Below are positions 17,273-26,672 of a stretch of DNA of 29,023 bases, piece after piece. A program made the position numbers and the translations under genes. The notes beneath the pieces are model-generated. The model was given only the letters and a program-made list of their open reading frames with translations, was not told the origin of the DNA and ran no database searches. The stretch comes from a virus (Duplodnaviria; Caudoviricetes): positions 1 to 29,023 of the IMG/VR virus record IMGVR_UViG_3300048858_000032; one strand, given 5' to 3'. How positions within the stretch are numbered: position 1 is the stretch's first letter; each line of letters opens with the position of its first letter.

Positions 17273-18954
17273 GCCAGGGGCCACTGTTCTTTGTCATGGA
17301 GGCCGAGGTGTACCGCCCCGGCAGCAGTCCGCAGGCCAACCAGGGGTGGGGCGCGCGTCCCTGGGGCGTGATGCCGCCGGACGTTGGTGTGCTGGAGAGC
17401 ACAGACACCCTCCTGGCCTCTGATCTCGGGTACCGCAGCCGAGCCGGCGACCTGGGCGGCGTGGTAGCCTATCCGGCCGTGCTGGATACCGCCTTCGAGA
17501 TCGACCGCCGCCTGGCGCTGCATCCGTCCTCACCGGCCGCAGCAGCGGCCTGGGGCACGGTTCGCCTGGCCAATGTGGGCCGGCGCTTTGACAGCATCGC
17601 CAGCACCCGCAACAGCGACGGGCGCCCGCTGCGGGTGCTGGCCGGCCGCAAAATGCGCGATGAGGCACGGGGACTGGACCTCGACCCGCCCTATGCCTCG
17701 CTGTCCACCCTCTTCGCCGGCGTAGCCCGCCCCTGGTTCCTGACCGAGAGCACACTCCAGATCCCTCTGGCCGATGCCATGGCGGCTCTGGAGCGGCCCT
17801 TGCAACAGGCGGTCTATGGTGGCACCGGCGGGCGCGACGGCTCGGCCGACCTCAAGGGGCGGCGCAAGCCCCGGGCCCGAGGCGGCACCTTCGCCTGGCC
17901 CATCCGCGACGTGCTGCCGGTCTGGATCGACCGGGCCAATGGCATCCTGCAGGTGTCGGACGCGCCCGGCACCGTGGTCCGAGTGGCAGAGGCGGGAGAT
18001 CAAAACCAGATCCTGCCAGTCGGGGGTGGACCGGTGGCGGCGCAGGTGCCGGATGTGTTCAGCGCCACAGTTCCGTCCGGCTACTGGATCTGGTCCAGCA
18101 GCAGTGAAGGCTTGTTCATCCGGCTCGGCAGCCCCACCAGCGCCACCATCACGGCCGACGTGGTAGGGCACTTTCCCTCTGGTGCCCAGGCGGACACAGC
18201 GGCGGAGATCGCCCGGCTGATCCTGCGTGAGGACATGGCGCTGCCGGCGTCGCAGGTGGAGGAAGCCAGTTTCACGGCCGTCAATGCCGCACTGCCCTGG
18301 ACAGCCGGCGACTATTGGGACGGCAGCCAGGACATGCAGGCGGTGGACGCGGTGGGGCTCTTTGCGGCGTCCCTGGGCGCCAAGCTGGTGCCGCTGCGCG
18401 ACGGCCGCATCCGGCTCTGGAGGTTTCGCAGCCTGCCGTCCGGCACCGTCCCGCTGGCTATCTACACCCCCGCCACCCTGATGGACGTGCGCCCGAGTGC
18501 GCGCCTGTCGCAGTCCGGCCTCTATCCGCCGCCCTATCGCTGGCGGGTCGGCTACGACCGCTGCAACACGGTGATGACCACCAACCTGGACCCCGATGTA
18601 ACGGGTGACCGGCAGCAGTTCCTGGCCAACGAGTACCGCTACGCCGACTGGAGCAGCAACGGCATCTCCCTGGCCTACCGGAGCCCGAATGATCCGGCCC
18701 CGGTGCCGACGCGGCTGCACAACGGTGTCCACGCCACCGCACTGGTGCAGGCACTGGCGGATCTCTGGTCCGGTGCGCCGCGGCTCTACGATGTCACGAT
18801 GCGGCTGGAGGATGGCATGCGGCACGAGATCGGTGACGTGCTGCGGCTCATCTATCCGCTGGACGATTTGGACAACGGCCGGATCGGACAGGTTGTCGGC
18901 GAGCAGCTGCGCAGCGGCGACACCACCACGACACTGACGGTGCTGATGACATGA
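17269..18954 (+). CDS. Tail tip/hub protein
   Basis: 561 aa, coupled to the TMP stop; ERPLQQAVYGGTGG...LKGRRKPRARG; C-terminal EIGDVLRLIYP barrel-like end. Confidence 0.7.
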   Translation: MSQGPLFFVMEAEVYRPGSSPQANQGWGARPWGVMPPDVGVLESTDTLLASDLGYRSRAGDLGGVVAYPAVLDTAFEIDRRLALHPSSPAAAAAWGTVRLANVGRRFDSIASTRNSDGRPLRVLAGRKMRDEARGLDLDPPYASLSTLFAGVARPWFLTESTLQIPLADAMAALERPLQQAVYGGTGGRDGSADLKGRRKPRARGGTFAWPIRDVLPVWIDRANGILQVSDAPGTVVRVAEAGDQNQILPVGGGPVAAQVPDVFSATVPSGYWIWSSSSEGLFIRLGSPTSATITADVVGHFPSGAQADTAAEIARLILREDMALPASQVEEASFTAVNAALPWTAGDYWDGSQDMQAVDAVGLFAASLGAKLVPLRDGRIRLWRFRSLPSGTVPLAIYTPATLMDVRPSARLSQSGLYPPPYRWRVGYDRCNTVMTTNLDPDVTGDRQQFLANEYRYADWSSNGISLAYRSPNDPAPVPTRLHNGVHATALVQALADLWSGAPRLYDVTMRLEDGMRHEIGDVLRLIYPLDDLDNGRIGQVVGEQLRSGDTTTTLTVLMT

Positions 18955-19709
18955 GAAATGCGGCGTGGTGCTATCGCAACCACCTCCTCAACGCGACCAT
19001 CACCGCCGGCGCCGCCGAACAGGCGCTGGGCGTTGACCAGCTACAGAACGACCAGGGCGGCGCTTCCATGGGCTGGCAGACGCCGGCCGGTGTGATGGCC
19101 TCATGGTTTCAGATCACCGTTCCAGCAGCTCGCGCCTTCCGCGCCTTCGGCCTGTTCCGCACCAACCTGACCGCTGAAGCGCAGGTGCGGTGGAGGGCAG
19201 GGAGCCTCGACACCGGCATGGCCTCGGCCGGCCTGCAGCCGGGCTATGGCCAGTCCGTGCTGGTGCTTCCCACAGATGTGGTCACGCAGACGGTGCGCTG
19301 CGACATCAGCGACCCGAATAACCCGGATGGCTTCCTGAACATCGCGCTGGCCTACGCAGGCGAGGCGCAGATCCTGAAGCACAATTACTCCTACAGCAGC
19401 AGCTTCGGACGCCAGGAGGGCGCGGACGAGGTGCGGAGCCGGGCAGGGGGCGTCTACGCGACCCTGCGTTGGGCAGCGCGGCAATGGGATGTCGCGCTGA
19501 ACAGCCTCAGCCGGGATGAGGCTTGGTCGATCATCATGGAACTCGATGCCGTAGCGCGGCTCCGTCGTAACGTCCTGTTCGTGCCCAATCCCGATAGCAA
19601 CAATATCAACCGAGAGGCGGTCTTCGGCATCGCGCGGTCGAGCGCCGGCATCGGCATCCCCTCGCATCAGATGCGCAGTTGGCGCGCCACCATCGAGGAG
19701 CGACTGTAA
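18951..19709 (+). CDS. Tail tip protein (distal-tail-like)
   Basis: ATGA overlap; FGLFRTNLT...NPDGFLNI...SRAGG...FVPNP...IEERL; synteny within the tail tip module. Confidence 0.65.
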   Translation: MRNAAWCYRNHLLNATITAGAAEQALGVDQLQNDQGGASMGWQTPAGVMASWFQITVPAARAFRAFGLFRTNLTAEAQVRWRAGSLDTGMASAGLQPGYGQSVLVLPTDVVTQTVRCDISDPNNPDGFLNIALAYAGEAQILKHNYSYSSSFGRQEGADEVRSRAGGVYATLRWAARQWDVALNSLSRDEAWSIIMELDAVARLRRNVLFVPNPDSNNINREAVFGIARSSAGIGIPSHQMRSWRATIEERL

Positions 19710-20458
19710 TGCTCGATGATCTGGTCCAAGAGACCACGAATGCGCCCGGCACCGCGACCGAAATTGTTCTGGCTGGGGCGCCGGCGAACCGCAGGACCTT
19801 CGTTCAGGCCTTCGGGAACAACGCCCAATGCTTCTACTTTATGACAGATGGCGCGCAGACGGAGGTGGGCATTGGCACCACGATTGCCGGCACGCCAAAC
19901 AAGCTCGCTCGCACAATGGTGCTGCGCAACACCGCCGACACGACCGCGCGGCTGAACTTCACCGGCACGACGCTGATCTACAATTCCCTGCCGGCGGCTC
20001 GAACGCCGATCATTGGCAATGATGGCCGGCTCTTGCCATCGGTGTTGCCGCAGGCGCTGATGAGCCAGGTGTTCAGCGCGCCCGCCGTCTCGGTTCCGCA
20101 CAATACCAGTTTCAACATGCCGTGGAACCAGATGGGCGTGAACACCCTGGGTGGGCAGCCGGGAGCAAACCCCGCTTACGCCTTGGTGCCGCCGACCAGT
20201 GGTCTCTACCGCGCCACGCTCTGCATCACCTTCGGCAACAGCACGGCCGGGCAGCGGCTCGCGGAGATCATTGTCGGAGGCACCACGCGTGCCCGTGTGC
20301 GCTCGCCGTCTGCAACCGGCATCGTGGATCTGGTCTGTGCGTGGGAGGGACCGATGGAGGCTGGGCAGAACGTGCAAGCTTTCGTGTACCAGGACAGCGG
20401 CGGTCCGCTCGCCTGCGGTGGCACCACCCAGAGCAGCTTCACGCTGACCCGCCTATGA
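19709..20458 (+). CDS. Short tail fibre/receptor-binding protein with a C1q/TNF-like C-terminal head
   Basis: TAATG overlap; N-terminal VQETTNAPGT...LAGA anchor motif; C-terminal PPTSGLYRATLCITF...GQNVQAFVYQ beta-sandwich pattern. Confidence 0.6.
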   Translation: MLDDLVQETTNAPGTATEIVLAGAPANRRTFVQAFGNNAQCFYFMTDGAQTEVGIGTTIAGTPNKLARTMVLRNTADTTARLNFTGTTLIYNSLPAARTPIIGNDGRLLPSVLPQALMSQVFSAPAVSVPHNTSFNMPWNQMGVNTLGGQPGANPAYALVPPTSGLYRATLCITFGNSTAGQRLAEIIVGGTTRARVRSPSATGIVDLVCAWEGPMEAGQNVQAFVYQDSGGPLACGGTTQSSFTLTRL

Positions 20459-20865
20459 CAGCCTCGGTCGTAGTGAGCAGCAACGCCGATCTGCCGCGCA
20501 TCGCGGCTCTGGCCGGCAATGCAGCCCCAGAAGCTCGCCGCTATGAGCGGGACCGGCTCTATGTCCAGGGCGTCACACAAGCGGCGCTGAATGCCGCGCT
20601 GGCCGAGGTCGGTGACGGCGCATCAACGCGGCAACCGGTGCCAGAGAGCGTCACGCCGCTACAAGCCCGCAAGGCGCTGCGTGCCGCCGGCCTGCTGCCG
20701 CAGGTCTTGGAGGCCATCGCCGCGGCCGGCGAGGAAGCGCGCGACGAGTGGGAATATGCGCTGGAAGTGCGGCGCGACAACCCACTGCTGATCTCTGTCG
20801 CCACAGACCTCGGCCTTGACGGAGAAGGCATCGACGACCTGTTCCGGTCCGCCGTCCTCCTCTGA
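20455..20865 (+). CDS. Tail fibre-associated (assembly/chaperone-like) protein
   Basis: ATGA overlap at 20455; VPESVTPLQARKAL...WEYA...R..P...LGL...IDDLF motif of a kind often seen downstream of fibre genes. Confidence 0.65.
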   Translation: MTASVVVSSNADLPRIAALAGNAAPEARRYERDRLYVQGVTQAALNAALAEVGDGASTRQPVPESVTPLQARKALRAAGLLPQVLEAIAAAGEEARDEWEYALEVRRDNPLLISVATDLGLDGEGIDDLFRSAVLL

Positions 20866-20892
20866 TCCACCCTGACAATTCGGAGTTTTGCC

Positions 20893-23001
20893 ATGTCGGG
20901 CACTGCCCTTGACGTGATCCTGGAGCCGCGTCTGGGCGCCAGGAAATCCGCGCGCCGTCAGCGTGTGACCATCGGCAGCGACGTGCCGGTGTGGTTCGAC
21001 ATCCGGGATGACCAGACGGGAGCTTTGGTGCCGGGCGCCACGGGCGTCGCGGCGCTCTATTGGCTGCCGGGCACCGTGGAGGACGAGAGCGCCGCGCAGC
21101 CGCTGACGGCCGTGGAGACGACGCCGGGGACGTGGCAGGTGGTCGTGCCTGCCGGGGTCCCTGGCACCTATACCGTCTGGCTGAGCATTGCTGAGCCTAT
21201 CGCACAGACGGCGGAAGCCATCTTCGACGTGTCCTCCATCGGGCAGGTGACGCTGACCAGCACGGGCACGCCGGACTGGGGGCAGGTCCAGGCCGTGGCT
21301 GCTGCAGCGGCGGTCAGCGCCGCGCTTCCCGAGGCGCAGCGGGCCGGCACGAAGGCAGGCGCGGATGCCGCCAAGCCCTTCGCCGACGATGCCGCCGCCA
21401 GTGAGGCTATTGCGCTCGACGCGGCGGACTTGGCGCGGGATCACGAGCTGGCGGCGAAGGCGGCAAAGGGCGGGGCAGAAGAGGCCCGTGGTGAGGCTCA
21501 GACGGCCCGTGACCAAGCCCTTGGTGCGGCGGGCACGACCACCGCCAATGTCGCTGTTGCTGTTGGCGCAGCGCAGGCGGCTCAATCCGCACTGGCTCTG
21601 TCGGGCAGCTACCCCACCCTGGCCGCTGCCGCAGCAGCCATGGCGGGACTTGCGGAAGGGCGCTCGGTCGAAGTCACCTCCGACAGCAACGTCAATAACA
21701 ACGGCATCTGGGCAAAGCGCGGCGGCACCCTGGTGCAGACCAGCGCCTACACGGTCTCTGCGATCGGCAATGCGGTCAATCCGCTGAATGCCAAGCTGGC
21801 CGATAGCATGCTGGTCCCGCCATTCCTGTGGAATGGCCGGATGTTCCAGGCATACTCGTTCAACCCGTTCACGCTGCAGGTGGACTTCGGCCAGTACCTG
21901 GATGACGGAAGTTACTATATCCGCGGCCATCCGGACTACGGCCCACAGATCAACGCGGTCCTGAGCAAGACTGGAACGCTGATCGAGTGCCCGCCCATCA
22001 GTTTCATGGGACGACCGTTTCAGCCGCTCGAACTCGATCCGTGGTCGAAGCGCGCTGCTGCGGGCGTCTTCACAGACACCGGCGAAGCGTGGCCCAGCAA
22101 GTCCACTGATGCCGCCGCCTCCCTGCCTCGCGTAGTGGCGGAGGTCATCTCGGCCACAGAGTTTCGCGCGCATCTGAAGGGCGGCAATCCGGCGTCCAAT
22201 GCCTACACATCGATCATCTTTAAGAACTTGGCCGTCTTGGCAAAGAATTCCGATGTCTGGCGCTGCCACGGTAGCTACAAATCCACCCGGAACACCAATG
22301 GCACCTTCACTCTCGGCCAGTGGTTCAGTGGCGACGGCGAGTGGGAGTTTGCGGTGCAGCCGGCAGGAGCCGCTGATTTCATCGGCGGCAACGCGCACGG
22401 CAATGAAGAGCGCACCTCCTGGATGGTAACGCTGGACGGTAAGGCTATGCCGACCACGCCAGGGTTGTATGCAGGCTCCTGCCTGGAGATGTTCCAGCAG
22501 TCCAATGGCTTCCTGCCGGGTTCTACAGACGAAACCCGATGGACGCCCAAGGGGCCACCGGTTCTGGATATCGTAAAGCACTGGACCCTGACGAGCGCTG
22601 ATTTCTCCGATATGCGCTTGGGTATTCGGTTGAAGTTCTTGAGCAGCCTGACTTTGGCCTACAGCTACATGTGCGGAATGTTCAAGAACGACATCGGCCT
22701 CGGTGCTGGCAAAGTCTTCACCCATGGCGCTCGTGACTTCAGTTGGCAAAACCTTCTTGTCAGCGACCCTGCCCTTCAGGGGAATGACATCGGCCCTGAG
22801 ATGATCCTGCGCTCGCCGGAGACGGGCTTAGCGGTTCACTACAAGGCCGAAGAAGGCTGGACGGAGCCGGGCCGCCGTCTGCGTTGGAACTACAGCGCAG
22901 ATCTCCAGAAAATCTACCCAAGCTGGTTTGGCACCGACCCTATCCCTGCGGGCACGGTCAAGTACGCCGCCTGCCGCTGGCGCTTCCACAACGCAGATTG
23001 A
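20893..23001 (+). CDS. Long tail fibre/spike protein
   Basis: GGAG SD; N-terminal Ig-like beta domain, Ala-rich coiled coil, two degenerate repeats, aromatic beta-rich C-terminal domain. Confidence 0.65.
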   Translation: MSGTALDVILEPRLGARKSARRQRVTIGSDVPVWFDIRDDQTGALVPGATGVAALYWLPGTVEDESAAQPLTAVETTPGTWQVVVPAGVPGTYTVWLSIAEPIAQTAEAIFDVSSIGQVTLTSTGTPDWGQVQAVAAAAAVSAALPEAQRAGTKAGADAAKPFADDAAASEAIALDAADLARDHELAAKAAKGGAEEARGEAQTARDQALGAAGTTTANVAVAVGAAQAAQSALALSGSYPTLAAAAAAMAGLAEGRSVEVTSDSNVNNNGIWAKRGGTLVQTSAYTVSAIGNAVNPLNAKLADSMLVPPFLWNGRMFQAYSFNPFTLQVDFGQYLDDGSYYIRGHPDYGPQINAVLSKTGTLIECPPISFMGRPFQPLELDPWSKRAAAGVFTDTGEAWPSKSTDAAASLPRVVAEVISATEFRAHLKGGNPASNAYTSIIFKNLAVLAKNSDVWRCHGSYKSTRNTNGTFTLGQWFSGDGEWEFAVQPAGAADFIGGNAHGNEERTSWMVTLDGKAMPTTPGLYAGSCLEMFQQSNGFLPGSTDETRWTPKGPPVLDIVKHWTLTSADFSDMRLGIRLKFLSSLTLAYSYMCGMFKNDIGLGAGKVFTHGARDFSWQNLLVSDPALQGNDIGPEMILRSPETGLAVHYKAEEGWTEPGRRLRWNYSADLQKIYPSWFGTDPIPAGTVKYAACRWRFHNAD

Positions 23002-23012
23002 AAGGACAGGCA

Positions 23013-23795
23013 ATGACGGCTCTCGCCCGCCTTGTCTCCATTGCGACGCCGGACCCCACAGCGCCGCTGATCCCTGAGGGGTTGATCCCCAACCTGCCCC
23101 GCTATGAGCAGTTCGCACGGGAGCATTGGCGGCTGGATACTGGCGACGCGCGCAGCCTGATCGGGCTGCGCAACGGCGGTGTTTTAACCCAAGCGGCGGG
23201 CGCCGTGCCCGTGACCTTCCCCGCCGGCTACGCACGCATCCCGGGCGGCGGCGCGAACGGCCTCCTGACGCCGTATCCGGACGCTGATGACGACGCTTGG
23301 TTCATCGTCACGCGCTTTAGTGCGCTGAACGCCAGTGGCACGTACATCCTCGGTAACAACACCGGCACGTCCTCAGCGGGCGGCGAACAGCTTTATATCA
23401 CCAACTTCCGCCGGCCGGCTTTGCAGGTTCGTGGCTACTCGGCAGACGCCAGCATTCCAAATGCTGCGGACGCGCCTGGCGAGACGAATTGGGGCTTCTA
23501 CGGCTTCGTCAAAACGGCTGGCACGCGCACGCTTTACGTAGGCAAGGGTGGGGTGTTGCTGAAAGCAACCTCGTCCGGGACCAAGACGGCGGCAAACCCT
23601 GCCCGCAATGTCGCTGTAGGGATCTACCACCGCTCGACGGCAGGCTTTGTCGAGGCCTCCCAGGATGTTTACGACGTCATGAACTTCGCGCCGGGCGTCC
23701 TGATCAAGAACGGCGTGCCGGACGATGAAGCGGTGCTGGGCATTTATCGGCGCAGCATCGACCGCGCGGCGGCTTACGGCAACACGGTGGTCTAA
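23013..23795 (+). CDS. Fibre partner protein, possible LamG/ConA-like beta-sandwich
   Basis: AAGGA before ATG 23013; WGFYGFVKTAGTRTLYVG and VAVG resemble ConA-like strands; follows the fibre gene. Confidence 0.5.
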   Translation: MTALARLVSIATPDPTAPLIPEGLIPNLPRYEQFAREHWRLDTGDARSLIGLRNGGVLTQAAGAVPVTFPAGYARIPGGGANGLLTPYPDADDDAWFIVTRFSALNASGTYILGNNTGTSSAGGEQLYITNFRRPALQVRGYSADASIPNAADAPGETNWGFYGFVKTAGTRTLYVGKGGVLLKATSSGTKTAANPARNVAVGIYHRSTAGFVEASQDVYDVMNFAPGVLIKNGVPDDEAVLGIYRRSIDRAAAYGNTVV

Positions 23796-23798
23796 GCC

Positions 23799-24245
23799 AT
23801 GAGCGCCATCCGCCGCATCCGCACGTGGTTGAGCCGGCTTGTGCACCGGCCGGCCGACCTCTTCGACATTGCTTCCGGCTTCTCCACGGTGATCTTCATC
23901 GCCTTGGTCGCCTGGAACCACGATAGCGCCCAAGCAGCACCCAGCCTGTCCTTCTTGAGCGACAAGGCTCCGTCATGGATCTGGCTCTGCGTGATCGGCA
24001 TCGCGGCGGCCTTGCAGCCGGTTGCTCTGCATCTCGACGACGCCGGGGACACCCGCCACCCGCTCGTGCAATGGAGCAAGTGGCTGCGGAACATCCTGGC
24101 GCTGGTGGTCGGCTGTTTCTTCTTCATCCTGCTGTGGTCGATGGCGATCAAGCTTGGTGCCCACCATTTCCTGGCGCTGTACCTGCTGCCGGTGGGCATG
24201 AACGCATACATCGTTGCCCACGTGCTGTTTCGAGCGCGCGGCTAA
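23799..24245 (+). CDS. Four-TM membrane protein (holin/antiholin candidate)
   Basis: Four hydrophobic segments and a basic N-terminus; first gene of the lysis-like region. Confidence 0.55.
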   Translation: MSAIRRIRTWLSRLVHRPADLFDIASGFSTVIFIALVAWNHDSAQAAPSLSFLSDKAPSWIWLCVIGIAAALQPVALHLDDAGDTRHPLVQWSKWLRNILALVVGCFFFILLWSMAIKLGAHHFLALYLLPVGMNAYIVAHVLFRARG

Positions 24246-24800
24246 ATGGATGCGGTGCCTGTCGATCTGCTCAAGCAGGTCCATCCCGTGTACGGCGGGG
24301 CCATCGGCTTCGGCGTGTGGTTCGCCTTTCAGGTTTGGCGAGCGTGGAAGGAATATCGGAAGGAGCAGCGGGATCAACGGGCAGCAGAAGAGCAGAAGGC
24401 TGTCCGGGATGCGCAGCAAGAGGCGGCGCGGGCGGGGCGGCTCACCAGCGGTTTCGCCACACTGGACGCCAGCCGCGACAATCAAATCGAGGCGCTGAAC
24501 AAGCAGATCGCGCGGCTCAGCAACGCTCTCGACGAAGAGGGAAGACGGCATCGCGAGGAGATGGCCCGTCTCGACCAGAGGCTTGCCGCAAAGACCACGG
24601 CTCTGTCTGCGGTGGAGCAGGATCGAGACCGGGGCTGGGACCTCGCTCGTGAATGCGACGACGCTCTGCATGCCCAGCGTCACGCTGGCAACGACTTGGC
24701 CCAGCAGGCTTACTCAGCCGGGCGCCTCAATCTCGATCCGCCGCCGGGCCTTCCGCCGGTGCCGCCACTCTACTCCCGCAAGGGCAAGCGCCCGGACTGA
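24246..24800 (+). CDS. Single-TM coiled-coil protein of the lysis region
   Basis: TM segment VYGGAIGFGVWFAFQVW, long charged coiled coil, Pro-rich basic tail; abuts the upstream stop. Confidence 0.6.
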   Translation: MDAVPVDLLKQVHPVYGGAIGFGVWFAFQVWRAWKEYRKEQRDQRAAEEQKAVRDAQQEAARAGRLTSGFATLDASRDNQIEALNKQIARLSNALDEEGRRHREEMARLDQRLAAKTTALSAVEQDRDRGWDLARECDDALHAQRHAGNDLAQQAYSAGRLNLDPPPGLPPVPPLYSRKGKRPD

Positions 24801-24848
24801 CCGCCGCCGGCCGGTCGCCGGCATCATCACAATCGGAAACCCATCATG
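24798..24848 (+). repeat. Intergenic element copy 1 (TGACCGC-hairpin-CACAATC-CATG)
   Basis: TGACCGCC GCCGGC-CGGTC-GCCGGC ATCAT CACAATC GGAAACCCAT CATG; related to 26673-26727. Confidence 0.55.
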
Positions 24849-26672
24849 ACCGAACCATCAGCCGCATCAGCGGTGGATGCCTGGCTGCGCGTGCTCGTCC
24901 GCGAGATCGTGGGCGAGCAGCTCGGCGTGACTGATGCCGCCATGGCGCGGATGGCCGATGCCGTCTCGTCCATGACGCGCGAGGTGCGGGACATGCACCA
25001 GACGCTGCGGACGCTGGGCGAGGGGCCGATTGTCTCCACGCCGCCTCCAGCCGATCCTGAGCCGCCGGCGGCCGAGCCGGAGCCCGAGCCTCCCTCGGCA
25101 CCGGTCGTCGTGACGCCGACGCCGGAGCAGGCCCCGCTCCCCGTGAACGCAGAGATCGAGATCACCTCCGCCGCCGGCAACCTCTGGTCGGTCCAGTTGC
25201 CCGAGGCCGATGATGCGCGGCTCATGCTGGAGGTGCCGTCCTTGATTGCCGGCTCGACCTCGCTGCGGCTGGTGGTCGATCACGGCCGACGGAACGGCGT
25301 GCGCTGGGCGGACGTGTGGCTCCGCAACGACATCTCCATGCGCGAGGGCGGCGGCACGGCCAGCTACTCCGTGCGGGTCGTGCTGGACGGCCAGGAAGTG
25401 CTCCGCCAGGACATGCCGCGCCACCAGCAGTACCGCGCCTGGGGTCGGCTGGTGAGCGCCGGCCCGCTGCCCGAGATGCCCTGGCCTGCTGCCGCGACGC
25501 TGCGGGCGGCCGGCGTGGCCAACTACAGCGGCCCGGTCAATGCCGATGTGGTGGACCGCTACGTCGCGGCGATGGCCACCTGGGGCGATGACCCGTTCTC
25601 TCCGCGCGGCGTCACGCAGAACATGCCCGGCACTGGGGGCCGTCCCGACATCGGGCCCGCCACGGCACCCCAGGCCATCGCGCTGATGACCCGGGACGAG
25701 CTGATGCGCGCCTATGTTGTTGCCCAGGCCGAGGCGGCCGGCGGCATCCCCTGGCACCACTGGGACGCGGCAGCCGGCACGTACATGCGCGTCACCGACT
25801 GGCCGCGCCTTTGGACCGATGGCAGGGGTGGTGAGCCGGGCAGGGGCACGCTGCTGCAGCCTGTGCCGGGCGATACCGGTTGGGACCTCGATGGCCCGCA
25901 CCAGCCGGACCTGTCGTTCGTGCCCTACCTGCTGACGGGGCGCCGCGCCTTCCTGGATAACCTACAGGCGCAGGCCGCGTGGAACGTCATCGGCATCTGG
26001 CCCGACGCGCGCGGCGCCTCCGACATGCTGGTGGTTCAGGGCAATCAGGTGCGCGGCTCGGCTTGGTCCCTGCGGCAGATCGACGAAGCGGCCTGGGCCA
26101 GCCCGGACGGCAGCGCGGAGAAGGCCTATTTCACCGCCGTCTCCGAGGCCAACTGGCGCTGGATCGTGGACAGTATCCCGATCTGGACACAGCAGCAGGG
26201 CGAGGCGCATGGCTGGCTGCCGGGCGAATACGGCACCAAGGGCGCGCTGCCGCCGTGGCAGCAGGACTACTTTGCTTCCACGGCCATCGCTGAGGCGCGG
26301 CGGGGCAATCCGCACGCTAAGGATTACCTGGAATGGGCCGATAACTTTCTGATCGGCCGGTTCACCGCTCTCGGCCATGACGCGGTGACCTACCTTCTGG
26401 CCATCAGCGATCCCAAGACGGGGCGCATCTACAACACCTGGGCTGAGATCGCGCAGCAGACGGCAGCCCGTAACTGGTCCAACGGCACCGGCTGGGCCAA
26501 GACCGATGGCAACTACGCGCAGTGGGCGCGCGCGACGCTGGAAGGCTACGTCAGCCTGTTCAATGACGCCGAGGCGCGGCGCCTGTTCGAGGCCTTGCCG
26601 ACGACGGGCGCGCCGTTCACGCAGCCCACCGACTATGCCCGCGACCCGCTGCTGAGCGTCGCGCTGGTCTAG
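24846..26672 (+). CDS. 608-aa enzyme-like protein, possibly carbohydrate-active (alpha/alpha-toroid, lyase-like)
   Basis: Helical N-terminus, Pro/Glu linker, then a Trp/Tyr-rich domain with MPGTGGRPDIG, DGPHQP, QVRGSAWSLR and PWQQDYF; no signal peptide. The ORF is solid; the function is inference. Confidence 0.5.
   Translation: MTEPSAASAVDAWLRVLVREIVGEQLGVTDAAMARMADAVSSMTREVRDMHQTLRTLGEGPIVSTPPPADPEPPAAEPEPEPPSAPVVVTPTPEQAPLPVNAEIEITSAAGNLWSVQLPEADDARLMLEVPSLIAGSTSLRLVVDHGRRNGVRWADVWLRNDISMREGGGTASYSVRVVLDGQEVLRQDMPRHQQYRAWGRLVSAGPLPEMPWPAAATLRAAGVANYSGPVNADVVDRYVAAMATWGDDPFSPRGVTQNMPGTGGRPDIGPATAPQAIALMTRDELMRAYVVAQAEAAGGIPWHHWDAAAGTYMRVTDWPRLWTDGRGGEPGRGTLLQPVPGDTGWDLDGPHQPDLSFVPYLLTGRRAFLDNLQAQAAWNVIGIWPDARGASDMLVVQGNQVRGSAWSLRQIDEAAWASPDGSAEKAYFTAVSEANWRWIVDSIPIWTQQQGEAHGWLPGEYGTKGALPPWQQDYFASTAIAEARRGNPHAKDYLEWADNFLIGRFTALGHDAVTYLLAISDPKTGRIYNTWAEIAQQTAARNWSNGTGWAKTDGNYAQWARATLEGYVSLFNDAEARRLFEALPTTGAPFTQPTDYARDPLLSVALV

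Noticed and set aside
19709-23795. Diversity-generating retroelement or invertible fibre cassette
   Set aside because: No reverse transcriptase, invertase, template/variable repeat pair or inverted fibre copy seen in this window.
24583-24849. Embedded Rz1-like o-spanin in the coiled-coil gene
   Set aside because: The overlapping ORF has no hydrophobic signal peptide or lipobox.
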